From Mobula hypostoma (Eukaryota), in contig NC_086098.1 of assembly GCF_963921235.1 (NCBI RefSeq), positions 109,678,001 to 109,742,000 of the forward strand: a stretch of DNA of 64,000 nucleotides, given 5' to 3'. The translations under genes and the position numbers were made by a program. The notes under the pieces are model-generated. The model saw only the letters and a list, made by a program, of their open reading frames with translations. It did not search any database and had not been told where the DNA came from. Below are positions 22,320-36,589 of this stretch, piece after piece; position 1 is the stretch's first letter; each line of letters opens with the position of its first letter.

Positions 22320-25300
22320 ACCCCACAGTCTGTAGGATTTAGAGGAGCAAATTTGTAGAGAGATCACAGACTGTTGGAAGAAACATAAGGTTGTAATAGT
22401 AGGTGAATTTAACTGTCCACATTCTGACTGGGACTCCCATACTGTAAAAGGACTATATGGGATAGAAAGTTTGTCAAAAGTGTTCAAGGAAGTTTCCTTA
22501 ATCAGTGCATAGAGATCCCAACAAGAGTGTACAATATTTGATCTCCTATTAGGGAATGAGACAGGGCAGGTGACAGAAGTTTGTGCAAGGATTTTGATGG
22601 TATTAGCAAGTGTGGATCGGGACAGGTTGTTTTCTGGCTAAGGTGCTCTTGGAAAGTGAAACTTTACGAGTACAGTGTTTGTATGTTCCTGGAAGATTAA
22701 AAGGTAAGAATAATAAGTTTAAGGAACTTGGTTTTGAGAGATATTGAAACCCTGGTTAAGTAAAGGAGATACATAGCAGGTATAGGCAGGTAGGAACGAA
22801 GTACATATATGTCACCATATACAGCCCTGAGATTCATTTTCTTGCAGACATATGCAATAAATAATAATAATGAAAGACTGCACCAACTTGGGCATTCAAC
22901 CAATGTGCAAAAGCCAACAAAACTGTGCAAATACAAAAAGAAAGAAAGAATAATAATAAATAAATAAGCAACAAATATTAAGAACATGAGGTGAAGAGAA
23001 CATGAAAGTTAATCCATAGGTTGTGGGAACATTTCGATGGGGCACCTGAATTTGAGAGAAGTTATCCGCTTTCATTCAAGAGCCTGATGGTTGAGGGGTA
23101 ATAACTGTTTCTGAACCTGCTGTTGAGGCTTACTCACACGACGTGAGGGACTTGAGGAGGATAAGAAATTGAAGAGAACACTTAAGAAGAAAATCAGGGA
23201 GGCTAAAAGAAGGCATGAAGTAGCAGACAAGGTGAAGGGGAATCCAAAGAGCTTCTATAGATATATTAAGAGCAAAAGGATAGCAAGGGACAAAATGGTA
23301 CTCTGGAAGATCAGAGTGGTAATCTACGCATGGAGCCAAGAGATGGGGGAGATCTTAAATGGATTTTTTGCATATGGATTTACTCAGGAGATGGACAGAG
23401 GGTCTAAAGATGTGAGGCAATGCAGCAGCGAGGTCACTGGCCCTATACAGGTTACAGAGGAGGAGGTATTTGCTGTCTTGAGGAAAATTGTGTGTAAAAA
23501 TCCCCAGGGCTTGACAAGATGTTTCCTTGGATATTGTGGGAGGCTAGTGCAGAAATTTCAGGGATTTTAGTAGAGATAGTTTAAAAATTCTGAGCCACGG
23601 ATGAGGTGCCAGAGGATTGGAGGATAGCTAATGTTCCATTATTTAAGAATAAGCCAGGCTGGTGAGCCTGCCATCAGTAGTGGGAAGTTATTGGAAGGTA
23701 TTCTAAGGGACCGGATCTATAAGTATTTGCATAGGCAGGGAAAGATTAGGGATAGTCAATATGGCTTTGTGTATGATAGGCCATGTCTAAACAATCTTAG
23801 AGTTTTTTGAGGAAGTTACCGGGAAAGTTGATGAAAACAAAACTGTGGACTTTGTCTACATGGACTTTAGCAGGGCCTTTGACAAGGTCCTGCATGAGAA
23901 GTTGGTCAAGAAAGTTCAGTCGTTTGGAATTCAAGATGAGGTAGTAACTTAGCTGAGAAATTAGCTTTGCAGCACAAGCCAGAGAATGGTATTAGATGGT
24001 TGCCCTTCTGACTGGAGGCCTGTGACTAGTGGTGTGCCACAGGGGTCGGCGCTGGGTCTATTGTTGTTTGTCAAATATGTCCTTTTTGAAATCTTTTAAT
24101 TGATGCATAATCTTCTACAGCTATAAAATGATACAAGATTTCAACAAATTGATATACCTGTATATACAGTTAATAAAGCTGAAAAAAAACTTATCAAAAA
24201 AGAATAATGATAATGGAAAAAAACCATATAAATTAATTCAAATTAAATGATAATATTTGGCAAAAGAGCCCCATCTTCTCTCAAAATCGAATCAAGGATC
24301 AAAAGTTCTACTTCTAATTTTTTCCAAACTAAGACATAACATTACTTGGGAAAACCATTGAATTAATGTAGGGACAGAGGTATCTTTCCATTTCAATAAA
24401 ATAGCCCTTCTTGCCAACAATGTAACAAATGCAATTACATGTTGGTCTGAAGATAAAATACCCTCAATATGATGTGGAACTATTCCAAACAGAACAGTCA
24501 GTGTATTAGGTTGTAAATTAATTTTCAGAGCTTTAGAAATTGTAGAAAATAAAGATTTCCAAAAAGATTTTAACAAAGAACATGACCAGAACATACGTGA
24601 CAAAGTGGCTAATTCAGTTTTACACCTGTTTGTCAAATATATCAATGATCTGCATGATGATGCGGAAAACCGGATCAGCAAATTTACGGATGACGCCAAG
24701 ATTGGGAGTGTAATGAACAGTGAGGAAGACTATCAAAGCTTGCAGCGGGATGTGGACCGCCTGGAAAACTGGTCTGAAAAATATCAGATGGAATTTAATG
24801 CAGACAAATGTGAGGTATTGCACTTCAGCAGGACCAACCAGGGTAGGTCTTATCCAGTGTATGTTAAGGCACTGAGGAGTGCGGTAGAATAAAGTGATCT
24901 GGAAATACAGATCCATAATTCCTTGAAAGAGGCACAATAGGTAGAGTCATACAGAAAGCTGTTGGCACATTGGCCTTCATAAATCAATGAAGTTGATATG
25001 TTATGTTCAAGTTGTACGGTGAGGCCTAATTTGGAGTATTGTATCCAATTTTGGTCACCTACCTACAGGAAAGATGTAAATAAGATTGAAAGAATGCAGA
25101 GAAATTTTACAAGAATGTTGCCAAGTCAAGACAACCTGAGTTATCGGAAAGGTTGAATAGGTTAGGACTTTATTTCCTAGAGTGTGGAAGATTGAGGGGA
25201 GATTTGAAAGAGGTATACAAAATTATGAGGGGTATGGATAGGGTAAATGCAAGCAGGCTTTTTCCACTGAGTTTGGGTGAGACTGCAACTAGAGGTCATG

Positions 25301-25565
25301 GGTTAAGGATGAAAGGTGAAATGTTTAAGGGGAACATGAGAGGGAACCTTTTCACTCTAAGGGTGGTGAACTGTCAACACAAGTGTTGGATACAGGGTCA
25401 ATTTCAACATTTAAAGAGAAATTTGGATAGGTACATGGATACCATAGGTATGGAGGGCCATGGTCTGTGTGCAGGTCAATGGGACTAGGCAGATTAATGG
25501 TTCTGCCCAGGCTAGATGGGCCAAAGGGTCTGTTTCTGTGCTGTAATGTTCTTTGACCCTATGAC
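22320..25565 (+). mobile_element. Long decayed CR1 LINE with nested insertions (Rex1-type tail at about 22800-23130; L1 at 24079-24626)
   Basis: KKIREAKRRHE..NPKSFYRYIKSKR, KFTDDAKIG, LGLYFLEC.RLRGDLKEVYKIM. Confidence 0.9.
24079..24626 (-). mobile_element. L1-clade LINE 3' fragment
   Basis: ATLSRMFWSC..L.SFW...LLARRAILLKWK...P...W C-terminal region; A-rich end; 14-bp TSD tgtttgtcaaatat at 24065-24078 and 24627-24640. Confidence 0.82.
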
Positions 25566-25984
25566 TCCGTGAAAGACTTTAGCTGTGATGATGATTTGGG
25601 TGTTTAATTACAAAGAAAAAATTTTCAGTGGAGGAATATTTTATGGAATGTAAAGCAAGTCGATAATTTATTAGAAAGATATAAAACCTAATATCCTAAG
25701 CGATTAGCAACAAGATTAGTAGATATCAAAAGTGAAAAAAATTAACGAATTGTGACTACAAGTGGAAAACACAGAAAGGAACATATTTGTCAATTGATCA
25801 CAGATAGTCAAAAGGAATCTCATGTGAGGTATACTCTATCATTGTTCCATAGAAATCCCCTCATCTAAGCTCAAAATCATCCCCCAAGAATCTAATCTGA
25901 TTTAGAAACTAGTAACTATGACTAAATCTGCTGAAATTCCTTTGAGACTCTCTCCGCTCGCTTTATACTTATGACTTTGAGGCT

Positions 25985-26905
25985 AAGCACAGCTCCAATG
26001 CCGATGACACCACTGTTGTAGGCCGATTCAATAGTGGTGACTAATCAGCATACAGAGGGAGATTGAGATTCTGGCTGAATGGTGCCATAGCGACAACCTC
26101 TCACTCAATGTCAGCAAAACCAAACAGCTGATTATTGACTACAAGAGGAGGAAACTGGAGGTCCAGGAGCCAGTCCTCATCAGGGAATCAGTGGTGGAGA
26201 GAGTCAGCAACTTTAACTTCCTTGGTGTTATTCAGAGGATCTGTCCTGGATCTAGTATGTAACCACCATTACAAAGAAAGCACAGCAGCACCTCTACTTT
26301 CTTAGAAGTTTGCACAGATTTGGCACGTCATGTAAAACTTGACAAACCTCTACAGATGCATGGTGGAGAATATACTGATCGGTTGCATCACAGTCTAGTA
26401 TAGGAACATCAGTACCCTTGAACCAAAAGAAGCAAAACATAGTGGTGCAGCCCAGTCTATCACAGCTAAAGCCTTCCCCACCATTAAGCACATTTACAAG
26501 GGGTGCTATTGCAGGAAAGCAGCATCAATCATCAAGGACCTCTCTCAAGTCCCACACCACCAGGTTCAGGAACAGTAATTATCCCTCAACCATCAGGCTC
26601 TTGAACCAGAGGGGATAACTTCAATCACTCCAACACCGAAGTGATTTAACAATATATGAACTCAATTTTAAAGACTAGTGTTCTCGATATTTATTGCTTT
26701 TTCTCCACCCTTTTCTTTTTGTACTTGCACAGTTTGTTATCTTACATATGGGTTGTTTATCTGTTTCTGTCAAGTGCGGCGTCTCAAGGATTCCATTGTG
26801 TGTCTTTGTATTTACTGTGAATACCTGCAAAAAAATGGGTCACAGGGTAGTATATGGTGACATACTGTATTGGTACTGTGATGATAAATTTACTTTGAAC
26901 TTTAA
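25985..26905 (+). mobile_element. Rex1/Babar LINE 3' part, decayed
   Basis: gccgatgacaccactgttgtaggc (ADDTTVVG), HTTRFRNSNYPSTIRLLN, tttactttgaacttt tail. Confidence 0.8.
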
Positions 26906-27834
26906 TAGTTAAGATATTGGAATGTCCAAAAATTCGATGAGCTAATATGATGTATTTACACATCTTGTTGATTCATTTGCAATGAAAAACACAGTCTTAA
27001 TGAATATTTGGACCACAGACTTCAATTTATGTTCTGCATCTTACATGTGATTGCTCCATTATGTTTCACTGTCATTGCTTGCAGATGACACCTCTCCCAG
27101 GAGTTCCAATGTGTGTGAATGGTCCGTGCAGTTCACAAGCCATTCATGCAAAAGCAATTTGCCAACGTGCCTGTGAAGTGTGTTTCTGAATAACTTAAAA
27201 GGAAACTCACCAAAAAAATCCCAGGCTAGGACTGAGAAAATGACTCAGGTCTGTACATTACTTACTGTCTGCACATCCCCTTGCATTTCCCCCACCAATA
27301 GTAGAAAAAAAAAATACATCACTATTTCCAAGGTTTTGACTCTCAATTCCTTCCACCCCTTAATTTCCTGTATTAACCAGTTACTTTATCCGCTCCAAAA
27401 CAATCCCCCAATCTGCAAATCAAACTATCAAATCCCAAACTCTGCAATCCTAATACCCCAAACCAATTCTGGCCATTGATGTTCCACCTCCCAAACACCA
27501 AATGCAGCACCCACTTTGATTGTTGATGCAACTTACAACCCAACCAAAAGCACTACTAACTGTCTGTTACCTCCCTCCTGCAATTCTAGCAGCTGATCTT
27601 CATCACAGGCCATCCCTTTCCCGTGACCTCCCCAATTCCAGACATCTCAGGCAGAACCACAAAGAAAAGCTCATTGGAATTTCCCAGCATCTGATACACT
27701 ATTTGAGATTTGCTGCACTGTTGCACTGAAAGTATTTAATGTACCTGTTTCCTGACCCCAACAATTCTCAGCAGGAATGTGTAAATTAGAACAAAATCAG
27801 ATTTGATATTGGCGTGAAGATCAGGGTATCTTAC

Positions 27835-28130
27835 CTGTGAGTCAATCACAAATATCAAGGCCCCTGTTCCTCGGAAAATCATCTCATAATCAAAAGTTGG
27901 GTCGAAGAAGTCGATCTGCCCAGGGAAATCCCAGATTTGAAAACTGACAAAAGAGCTATTGGAGATATCGTCACGGCAGATTTTGTTGGTACTTTCTAAG
28001 AAGAGTGTCTCGTTCGGTGACATTTTGTGAAAGACCACTTTCTGAATGGAGGATTTGCCACTTCTTCTTAATCCCATAAGGAGAATCCTGGGTTTGACCT
28101 CCATACAGCAGTCATCATTGAAGTGCAAAA
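27835..28130 (-). CDS. RRAGD: RRAGD exon 2: (V)[29 protein letters not shown]...[10 protein letters not shown]...IFVIDSQ
   Basis: ttctcag acceptor, gtaaga donor, 296 nt; P-loop GLRRSGKS and WDFPGQ; GQID and IFVIDSQ are RagD-type. Confidence 0.96.
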
Positions 28131-29488
28131 CTGAGAATAGAAAGGGGAAGAAGTCATCCATAGAGGCAGGGGAGAGTAAGCAAACAATAGCATTCTTATC
28201 CCTGTACTCACACTTCCTTCTGAACTTCCTCCACTTTCTACAAATAATCTGAAACTTTGAACATGAAAATCAGGTAAAGGTGCTCAGCATGTTTAGTGTA
28301 TCTCATGGTTAAGTGCTGTAGCTTGATGCATTTCCATTCACAGGAACATGTACTTTCTCACAAGGTTTCTGTCCTACAGAGATTCTGGAAGAACACAGCA
28401 AATTGGATTTCAACCTCCTCTTTGCTATTATCTCCAAGAACCAGTAACGTAGAGCACGCTGCTCAGTTCTAACCCCCAGTATTTCTCAATGAAAATACGT
28501 GGTCATGTGAGGCCATTGAATGGGTTCTACCATGGCCCCATGTTAAAGTATTCTGCTCATACATATTATTTAGGCTCAACCATTCAATATGGCCACTTGG
28601 GGAAGTTTTAAGAAAGCATCTATTGCTTGTGTAATCATGCAGCAGGTTATTTTTAGCACCTTTTAAAGATGAAAGGTGAAATATTTGGCGGGGGGGGTGA
28701 AACAAATTTTTTCATGAATTATTACCAATGGATCAAAAATTTGTTTAGTAATCAGACCACTTCCAAATCTTAGACATGAAGGGCAGAATAAATGTACTTA
28801 AAGATTCCAATCAATAACTGGGTTTGTTTCTAGCTACTATACATCTCAAAGTTCAAAGTAAAATTATTATCAGAGTACATATATGTCACAATATATACCC
28901 TTGCAATTCATTTTTCTTGTGGGCATACTCAATAACTCCATAATAGAATATTAACCATAATAGAATCAATGAAAGACCGCACCAACTTGGGTATTCAACC
29001 AATGTGTGTGAAAGACACCCAAGTTGGTTATTACGAGCTGAAATGATAATAATGAGTGGCTTGTCTTGAAAGCTGTATTTTTCTCCTGAAAGGAGACTTC
29101 AGTTGGACCTAGAGATTTATTCAGTTAGAAATGGGAGATATGTCGGGAGCTTCTGTTCTGACATGAATGATATTGATGATGGTTTTAAAATTAGAAGGGA
29201 TTTTTCTTTACAAATTCCAGTTCAACAGAACTCCTTTATCCTACTGCATGTTATATTGACTGTCCTTTGTACATACTATTTATTATAAATTACTATAAAT
29301 TGCACATTGCACATTCAGACAGAGATGTAACATAAAGATTTTTACTTCTCATGTGTATGAAGAATGTAAGTAATAAACTCAAATTCAATTTCTTTTCTAT
29401 TTAATACTGCTGAAGGGCTTGACTTCTTCTACTTCACTTAGGCACCCATTTATCTTCTGCATGGCTAAATAATTTGACCAAGAACTGA

Positions 29489-29638
29489 GCAGTACGCACA
29501 AAATGCTGGAGGAACTCAGCAGGCCAGGCAGTGTCTATGGAAAAGAGTACAATCAACGTTTCAAGCCGAGACCCTTCTAAAGGGTCTGTGCGTGTATGGA
29601 TTGGATTTCCAGCATCTGCAGATTTTCTCTTGTTTACT
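29489..29638. mobile_element. Mini inverted PLE-end insertion
   Basis: aaatgctggaggaactcagcaggcc (inverted 3' end, broken inside the hammerhead) fused to ggatttccagcatctgcagattttctcttgttt; TSD aagaactga at 29480-29488 and 29639-29647. Confidence 0.75.
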
Positions 29639-31069
29639 AAGAACTGAACCTGTATACATATTTCAAAGCTTTCTTGGCCAGTCTACAACCTGTATAAACC
29701 TGAAATCATCTAAGATTCTGCTACTTTAATCCTAAACTGGAGCGTCCTCCTTCACTCATAGTTGCATTGCATATAGGCTTGGTAGCCCCAATATAAAATG
29801 TTTTTTTTCTTTAAAATTCCTTCACTGCTTCAGTTTTCTACATCACTGGAACCTGCTTTGGCCCTATAACAACCGAAGTCATCAAACTTCTGGCTTTGTG
29901 TGTTTCTACGTTTAATTACTCCATTAACAATTGCACTTTCAGCTAACTAGGTCCTAGGCTCAAAGATTCAAAGTACATTTAGTATCAAAGTACGTATGTG
30001 GTATACAACCCTGAGATCTTCCCCATCAATAGCCATGAAACAAGGAAAACCATGGAACCTGTTCAAAGAAAAACATCAACCCACTCCACGTATAAGAAAA
30101 ACAAATCGCGCAACTGGCAACAAAAAAAAAGCGAAAAGCACGGAATATAAAACACAAAATGGAAAGAGTCCAGGCCTATTCAGTTAAGCTCAGTGTTTAT
30201 CTGTAGGCAGCACCAATTCCCCAAAGCTCTGGAAATTCCCCACCCCCCATTAAAACTTCCCCATCTTGATTTTCCATTAGTTTGTCTTGCATGCTCCAAA
30301 CATTCCTTCCAGTTCTTAAGATTCTTTCTCTGAAATGCACATTTAACCTCGGGCTGGACTTGGCAAAACATTCTAAACGTCAGTGTGGACATCCCAGCTC
30401 ATGAGTGAGGCACTGAGTGAAGGTAATCATGGCCAACTCCATCCTTAGCCCACATTCGCAGATATTTTTTCATTTCTGCAAGGGCAATAACTTGTATGAA
30501 TTCTGATTACCTGTATTGGAAGCATGGAGTCAATTGTAGAATGCACCAGATTCTGCAGTCAACGTAAACTGAGCCTACACAGACCAAGGACCCGGTGTAC
30601 ACAGTACAGTATTGGTTTGTCCTGATATTCTTTTGGTAAATGCACTTTGGTTTTGTTGCATAGATAAGGAATGGCTGAGGCTTGATTCATGGTCAATGCT
30701 CAGTTAGCTGATCTCAGTTGGGGTGGAGATGGAGCTTTATGTGTCTGAGCTAGGGAGGGAAAGATTAGCCTGGGTTTCTGCTCCTAATTAATAACTATGA
30801 CTAATGCTGCTAAGTGCTTGTGTGAAATTAATATGTGAAAAGATAAAGATTAGCTTTATAGCTTTATTTGTCATGTGTACATAGAAGCATACAGTGAAAT
30901 GACTTGTTTCGTATGCCAACGCAGACTGAGGATTGTGTTGGGGTCAGCCCACAAGTGTAGCCATATTTCTGGCGCCAACATAGCATGCCCACAACTTACT
31001 AACCCTAATCGGATGCCTTTGGAATATGGGAGGAAACCAGAGCACAGAGGAAATCCAGTCACGTAGCAA

Positions 31070-33500
31070 AGTTCAAATTCAAAGTACATTTATTATCAAA
31101 ATACATATACTACCCTGAAATTCATTTTCTTGTGGGCATTCATAGTAAATAGAAAGAAACTAAACAAGATCAGTGAAAAATTCCACATGACAGAGAGACC
31201 AGACTGTGCAAATACAAAAAGAAAAGAAAGAGAAAATAAATAAATAAGCAATAAATATCAAGAACATGAGTTGTAAAGTCCTTAAAAATGAGACCAGAGA
31301 TTGTGGGAACAGTTAGGTGCTAGGGCAAATGGACTTAAGTGAAATTATCCTTGTGGTTCAAGAGCCTGATGATTGAGTGGTAATAACTGTTTGTGAACCT
31401 GGTAGTGTGGGACTTGACAACTCCAGTACCTTCTCCCAGATGGAATGAGTGAGAAGAGATCATGGCCCGGATGGTGGGGGTCCTTGATGATTTGATGATG
31501 GATGCCGATTTCCTTCGACAGTGCTCCCTGTAAATGTGCTCCGTGATGTGAAGGGCTTTACCTGTGCTGGACTGGGCTGTTTGCACTACTTTTTATAGTT
31601 TTTTTTCTGTTCAAGAGCATTAGTGTTCCCATACCAGGCAGTGGTGCAACCAGTTAGTATACTCTCCACAGTGCGTCTATAGATGTTTGTCCAAAGTTTT
31701 AGATGACATGCTGAATCTGCGCAAACTTCTAAGAATGTAAAAGTGCAGCAGTGCCTTCTCTGTAATGGCAGTAACATGCTGGACCTGGGACAGATCCTTG
31801 GAAATGATAACACCAAGGAATTTAAAGTTGCTGTCTCATAGACCTCTTGTTTCTTCCTCCTGTAGTCAATAATCAGCTCCCTGGTGTTACTGACATGGAG
31901 TGAGAGGTTGTTGTTGTGGTACCACTCAGCCAGATTCTCAATCCCCCTCCTATATGTTGATAAGGCACCACCTCTGAATCAGCCTATAACAGTGGTGTCC
32001 TCAGCAAACTTCAATATAGCATTGTTCTCCCTCACAACCATAGGGAGCTATGGTAGAACAGGGAGCTAAATAGACAGTCCAGTGGTGCACCTGTGTTGAT
32101 GGTGATTGTGAAGGAGACGTTGTTGCAGATCTGTACTGAATGGAGTCTGTAAATGAGGAAATCAAGAATTAAGTTGACAAGGAGGTACTGAGGTCTAGAT
32201 CTCTGAGCTTTTTGATTACCTTTGAGAGGATGATAGTATTGAATACAGAGCTGTAGTCGATAAGGAGTATCCTGATATGTGCATCTTCACTGCCTAGATG
32301 TTCCAGAGCTGAGTGGAGAGCCAATAAACTGGCATCTGATGTTAATCTGTTGTGATGTGGGAAAGTTCAGCAGATCCAATGTGCTCCTCAGACAGGAATT
32401 GATATGTTTCATCACCAACCTCTCATAGCACTTCATCACACTGGATCTAGGCGTTACTAGACATCTACTCTGCACTCTAGCCTTTTACCTCTTCTCACCT
32501 GCTTATGACTTCCCCGAGTCCCTTCCTCCTTCCTTTTCTCCCATGGTCCACTCTCCTAACCTAGCAGAATCCTTCTTCTCCAGCCCGTTATCTTTCCCAC
32601 CCATCTGGTTTCACCTATCACCTTCCAGCCATCCTTTCCCTCCCCCTACCTTTTTATTCTGGTGTCTTCCCCCTTCATTCTCAGTCCTGAAGAAGGGTCT
32701 CAGCCCAAAACATCAACTATTTATTTATCTCCATAGATTTTGCCCGCCCTGCAGAGTTCCTCCAGCATCTTGTGTGTGTTGCAATAGTCGAAACAGATTA
32801 CCATGTTCTTCTTGGGCACTGGTGTAATTGCAGCCTGCTTGAAGCAGGTGGGTCTCTCGGATTAAAGATATCAGTGAACACACCAGCCAGTTGAGTAGCA
32901 CAGGTCTTCAGTACTCCGCCAGATGCCCCAGATGCTTTCCGTGGATTCACCCTCCTGAAGGATGCTCTGAAGTCACCCTCAGAGACTGAAATCACCAGAT
33001 TATCAGCAGCTTGGGAGTTCATGAAGGTGCCTCCATGTTTTGACAGTCAAAGTGAGCAAAAAAGGCATTGAACTCATCTGGGTGCGAAAACGTGTTGTCA
33101 TATACGTGTTGTCATCTGGGTGCGAAAACGTGTTGTCATATACGTCACTTGGTTTCACTCTGTAGGAGTTGACAGCATTCAAGTATCCTTCAGTGATTCA
33201 CGTTTGGTTCCGAACTGCCACTTCACATGTGAGATAGCTTTCCAGAGACCGTACCTGGATTTTACTTGATCGCCCCCGACCTGAACGCCACTGACCTGGC
33301 CCTTAGCAGACTGCGAATCTCTTGGTTCATCCAGGGAAGACTCTGAATGATTTTTGTGGGGACACACTTGTCTACGAATGTCTTTATAAAGACAGTCTGT
33401 GACGACTGTAACATATTCATTCAGATCCTCTGGTGAGTCATTGAACATAGCCCAGTCCTCAAAGCAAGCCTGTAGCCACTCCTCTACTTCCCATGGCCAT
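31070..33500 (-). mobile_element. Rex1/Babar LINE, decayed, with plus-strand PLE 3' end inserted at about 32470-32785
   Basis: [28 protein letters not shown]; MKCYERLVMKHINSCL; YRRTVESILTGCTTAWYGN; degenerate hammerhead at 32682-32719. Confidence 0.82.
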
Positions 33501-33924
33501 GTGGTTGTAAGACATCTGGCTCTCTGTCAGAATTTGCAAAATTCCATAAACTAGTTGAGGTTTCTCTACTAGGAGTATGTGATAACCTGTTGATTTCTAC
33601 TGTCCAACTGTGTAGAGAAATATACACAAGACACAGCAGTGCAAACAAAGGGTTCCTTCTTTATTCAATGGACCCATGGACTACCTTTCTGGAACTTTCT
33701 AAAGTCATAGAGCAGTTAATCACATAATACAATACTGAAGTAGGTAACAGCCTTAAAGCAACATAACTAATCCAAAACTTTCCACAGCTTAACATTACTG
33801 GGCCTGATTCTAATTTTCAATGTTCATCTAGGCAATGACCAGTTAGCCAAGTAGAAAAACGCTTATTTTACTGGTCCTGAAATGTTTGCTGTCAGTGCTC
33901 TTACACAAAAAAATGGCATGACAC

Positions 33925-34362
33925 AAAGTCCCTCCCTCCCTTACTCCCCTCAATCGCAGGACTCTGTAGAGAGTGGTGCGGACAGCCAGCACATCTGTAG
34001 ATGTGAACTTCCCACTATTCAGGACATTTACAAAGACAGGTGTGTAAAAAGGGCCCAAAGGATCATTGGGGACCTGAGTCACCCCAACCACAAACTGTTC
34101 CAGCTGCTACCATCTGGGAAACGGTACCACAGCATAAAAGCCAGGACCAACAGGCTCTGGGACAGCTTCTTCCACCAGACCATCAGAATGAATAATTCAT
34201 GCTGACACAATTGTATTTCTATGCTATATTGACTGTCCTGTTGTACATACTATTTATTACAAATTACTAAAAATTGCACTTTGCACATTCAGAGACATAA
34301 CATAAAGATTTTTACTCCTCATGTATGTGAAGGATGTAATAAATAAAGTCAATTCAATTCAA
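33925..34362 (+). mobile_element. Rex1/Babar 3' end (same 3' UTR also at about 29245-29390)
   Basis: ELPTIQDIYKDRCVKRAQRIIGDLSHPNHKLFQLLPSGKRY; (ttcaa)n tail. Confidence 0.85.
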
Positions 34363-34964
34363 TATTGACTATTTACTCTTCTTAACTATTTACCATCTAC
34401 ATTAATGACTTGAAAGAGGTGCCCCAATCAACCCACAAGTTAATGTCACATTACAAAGTTCCTAGCACATAAAATATAAAAGGTTAGAATACAACAATAT
34501 TGAGTGTTTAGGGCACTAATGGAATGGTGGCCTTTATTGGAAGTATAGAACACAAAAACATTGTTCCAGCTTCACGTGCCACTAATGAGATCACAACTAA
34601 AGTATGATGTTCATTTTTGGTCTAAGCATTTAATGAAGGAACCTTCTTTCTTATACAGTCTGTTGGAATTAAGGACAACATGCTTCCCCTTCGTTTGTTG
34701 TTTCTCAGATGACCAATGCAGTCAAAGTGGAAAATACTGACTCATTCAGGGATAGGGCAGAAAGGGGTTGTGAGTGTGTTGTTTCTGAGGTGTACCTTCC
34801 TTCTACTGTTTCTGTGTGTTCTTGATGCATGGCTACAAGGTTCACAATAGCAGCAGAGGTCAATGGTACAGGCAAATATATTAGGGCCACTTTAAAAACT
34901 CTTAGGTAAGCAGATGGATGATAGAAAAATGGAGGGCTATGTAAGAGGGAAGGGTTATCTTGAG

Positions 34965-36498
34965 ACAAATCAGAGTAGATAAATCCCCAGAACCCCTCGG
35001 ACCTTGAAGGAGACTAGTGTTGAAATTGCAGGGGCCCTGGCAGATATATTTAAAATGTCATATGTACGGGTGAGGTGCCGGAGGATTGGAGGATAGCTCA
35101 TGTTGTTTCGTTGTTTAAAAAAGGCTCTAGAAGTAATCCGGGAAATTATAGGCCGGTAAATTTGACGTCGGTAGTAGGTAAATTATTGGAAGGAGTACTA
35201 AGAGATAGGATCTACAAGTATTTGGATAGACAGGGACTTATTAGGGAGAGTCAACATGGCTTTGTGCGTGGCAGGTCATGTTTAACAAATCTATTAGAGT
35301 TTTTCGAAGATGTTACCAGGGAAGTGGATGACGGGAAGGCAGTGGATGTTGTCTACATGGACTTCATTAAGGCCTTTGATAAGGTCCCGCATGGGAGGTT
35401 AGTTAGGAAGATTCAGTCCCTAGGTATACATGGAGAGGTAGTAAATTGGTTTAGACATTGGCTCAATGGAAGAAACCAGAGAGTGGTAGTGGAGGATTGC
35501 TTCTCTGAGTGGAGGCCTGTGACTAGTGGTGTGCCACAGGGATCAGTGCTGGGTCCATTGTTATTTGTCATCTATATCAATGATGTAGATGATAATGTGG
35601 TAAAATGGATAAGCAAATTTGCTGATGATACAAAGATTGGAGGTGTAGTGGACAGTGAGGAAGATTTTCAAAGCTTGCAGAGGGATTTGGACCAGCTGGA
35701 AAAATGGGCTGAAAAATGGCAGATGGAGTTTAATACAGACAAGCGTGAGGTATTGCACTTTGGAAGGTAGAACATACAAGGTAAATGGTAAGGCACAGAG
35801 GGATCTGGGAATACAGATACAAAATTCCCTAAAAGTGGCGTCACAGGTAGATAGGGTCATAAAGAGAGCTTTTGGTACATTGGCCTTTATAAATCAAAGT
35901 ATTGAGTGTAAGAGTTGGAATATTATGGCAAGGTTGTATAAGGCATTGGTGAGGCTGAATTTGGAGTATTGTGTACAGTTTTGGTCACCAAATTACAGGA
36001 AGGATATAAATAAGGTTGAAAGAGTGCAGAGAAGGTTTACAAGGATGTTGCCGGGACTTGAGAAACTGAGTTACAGAGAAAGGTTGAAGAGGTTAGGACT
36101 TTATTCCCTGGAGCGTAGAAGAATGAGGGGAGATTTGATAGAGGTATATAAAATTATGATGGGTATAGATAGAGTGAATGCAAGCAGGCTTTTTCCACTG
36201 AGGCAAGGGGAGAAAAAAACCAGAGGACATGGGTTAAGGGTGAAGGGGGAAAAGTTTAAAGGGAACATTAGTGGGGGCTTCTTCACACAGAGAGTGGTGG
36301 GAGTATGGAATGAGCTGCCAGACGAGGTGGTAAATGCGGGTTCTTTTTCAACATTTAAGAATAAATTGGACAGATACATGGATGGGAGGTGTATGGAGGG
36401 ATATAGTCTGTGTGCAGGTCAGTGGGACTAGGCAGAAAATGGTTCGGCACAGCCAAGAAGGGCCAAAAGGCCTGTTTCTGTGCTGTAATGTTCTATGG
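34965..36498 (+). mobile_element. CR1 LINE RT region, few disablements
   Basis: PEDWRIAHVV.LFKKG..NPGNYRPV.LTSVVGK, QHGF, YMDF.KAFDKVPH, KFADDTK; frameshift near 35770. Confidence 0.95.
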
Positions 36499-36589
36499 TT
36501 AGATTGATAATACGTTATAAGGCTGGCACAACATCATGTACTATAATGTTCTACGAAAGGGATCACTGCTGTTTGATACACAAGGAGAT

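Noticed and set aside
27736-28161. ORF-track 141-aa ORF as a stand-alone small GTPase
   Set aside because: It is exon 2 read through into both introns; canonical splice sites bound 27835-28130.
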